Below are positions 63,719 to 64,000 of a stretch of DNA of 64,000 nt, piece after piece. The number at the start of each line of letters is the position of its first letter. The first letter of the stretch is position 1. Origin of the DNA: Podarcis bocagei (Eukaryota); the NCBI GenBank assembly GCA_964188305.1, contig OZ076893.1. One strand, 5' to 3'. The notes beneath the pieces were generated by a model. That model had not been told where the DNA came from, ran no database searches, and worked only from the letters and a program-made list of their open reading frames with translations. The position numbers and the translations under genes are program-made.

Positions 63719-63935
63719 CAGTCATACCTCAGGTTACAGACACTTCAGGTTGTGTTTTTTGGGGTTGCGGACCACCGAAACCCGGAAGTACCAGAATGGG
63801 TTACTTCTGGGTTTCAGCAGTCGCGCATACACAGAAGTGCCAAATCACAACACACGCATGCACAGATGCGCCGCTGCGGGTTGCGGACGCTGCAGGTTGT
63901 GAACGTGCCTCTTGCATTGATCACGTTTGCATCCA
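63719..63935. mobile_element. Tc1/mariner MITE related to 33260-33505, right end lost
   Basis: TA + CAGTCATACCTCAGGTT start and a shared interior (ACCCGGAAGTA...GTTACTTC.GGGTTTC); no right TIR. Confidence 0.75.
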
Positions 63936-64000
63936 TAACTGTCAACTTTTCCCTTTTCTTGCGAGGAATCCTATTCAGAATAAGGGAATTTCCCTTAAAA

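Noticed and set aside
1-64000. CRISPR arrays, rRNA or tRNA genes, operons
   Set aside because: Vertebrate DNA with no regularly spaced repeats. The tRNA-like A/B boxes belong to SINE heads.

Overview
Vertebrate genomic DNA, almost certainly a squamate and probably a lacertid lizard (inferred from Sauria SINEs, lizard-type CR1/L2/RTE LINE remnants and Tc1/mariner and hAT MITEs). It covers the 3' end of the clustered protocadherin-gamma (Pcdhg) locus on the + strand. Four intact ~2.45-kb C-type variable exons (5257-7707, 9238-11688, 12811-15249, 16116-18551) each encode a signal peptide, six cadherin repeats, a TM helix and a variable cytoplasmic segment, and each ends in a phase-0 GT donor. 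They are followed by the three shared constant exons (22020-22078, 59 bp; 32311-32399, 89 bp; 41364-stop 41620, with a 3' UTR to about 44275). The second variable exon is the PCDHGC5 orthologue. In mammals gammaC5 is the last variable exon, but here two more intact exons lie between it and the constant region, and the exon upstream of it is neither gammaC3 nor gammaC4. The constant domain is 134 aa against 124 aa in human, mostly from a poly-Ala expansion. Downstream are two orphan CpG islands (about 48.0-49.9 kb with an RFX X-box; about 61.3-61.9 kb with a strong reverse-oriented CTCF site) and no recognisable DIAPH1 exon. There are no prokaryotic features. All orthology calls rest on my recall of the human proteins, not on a database search.
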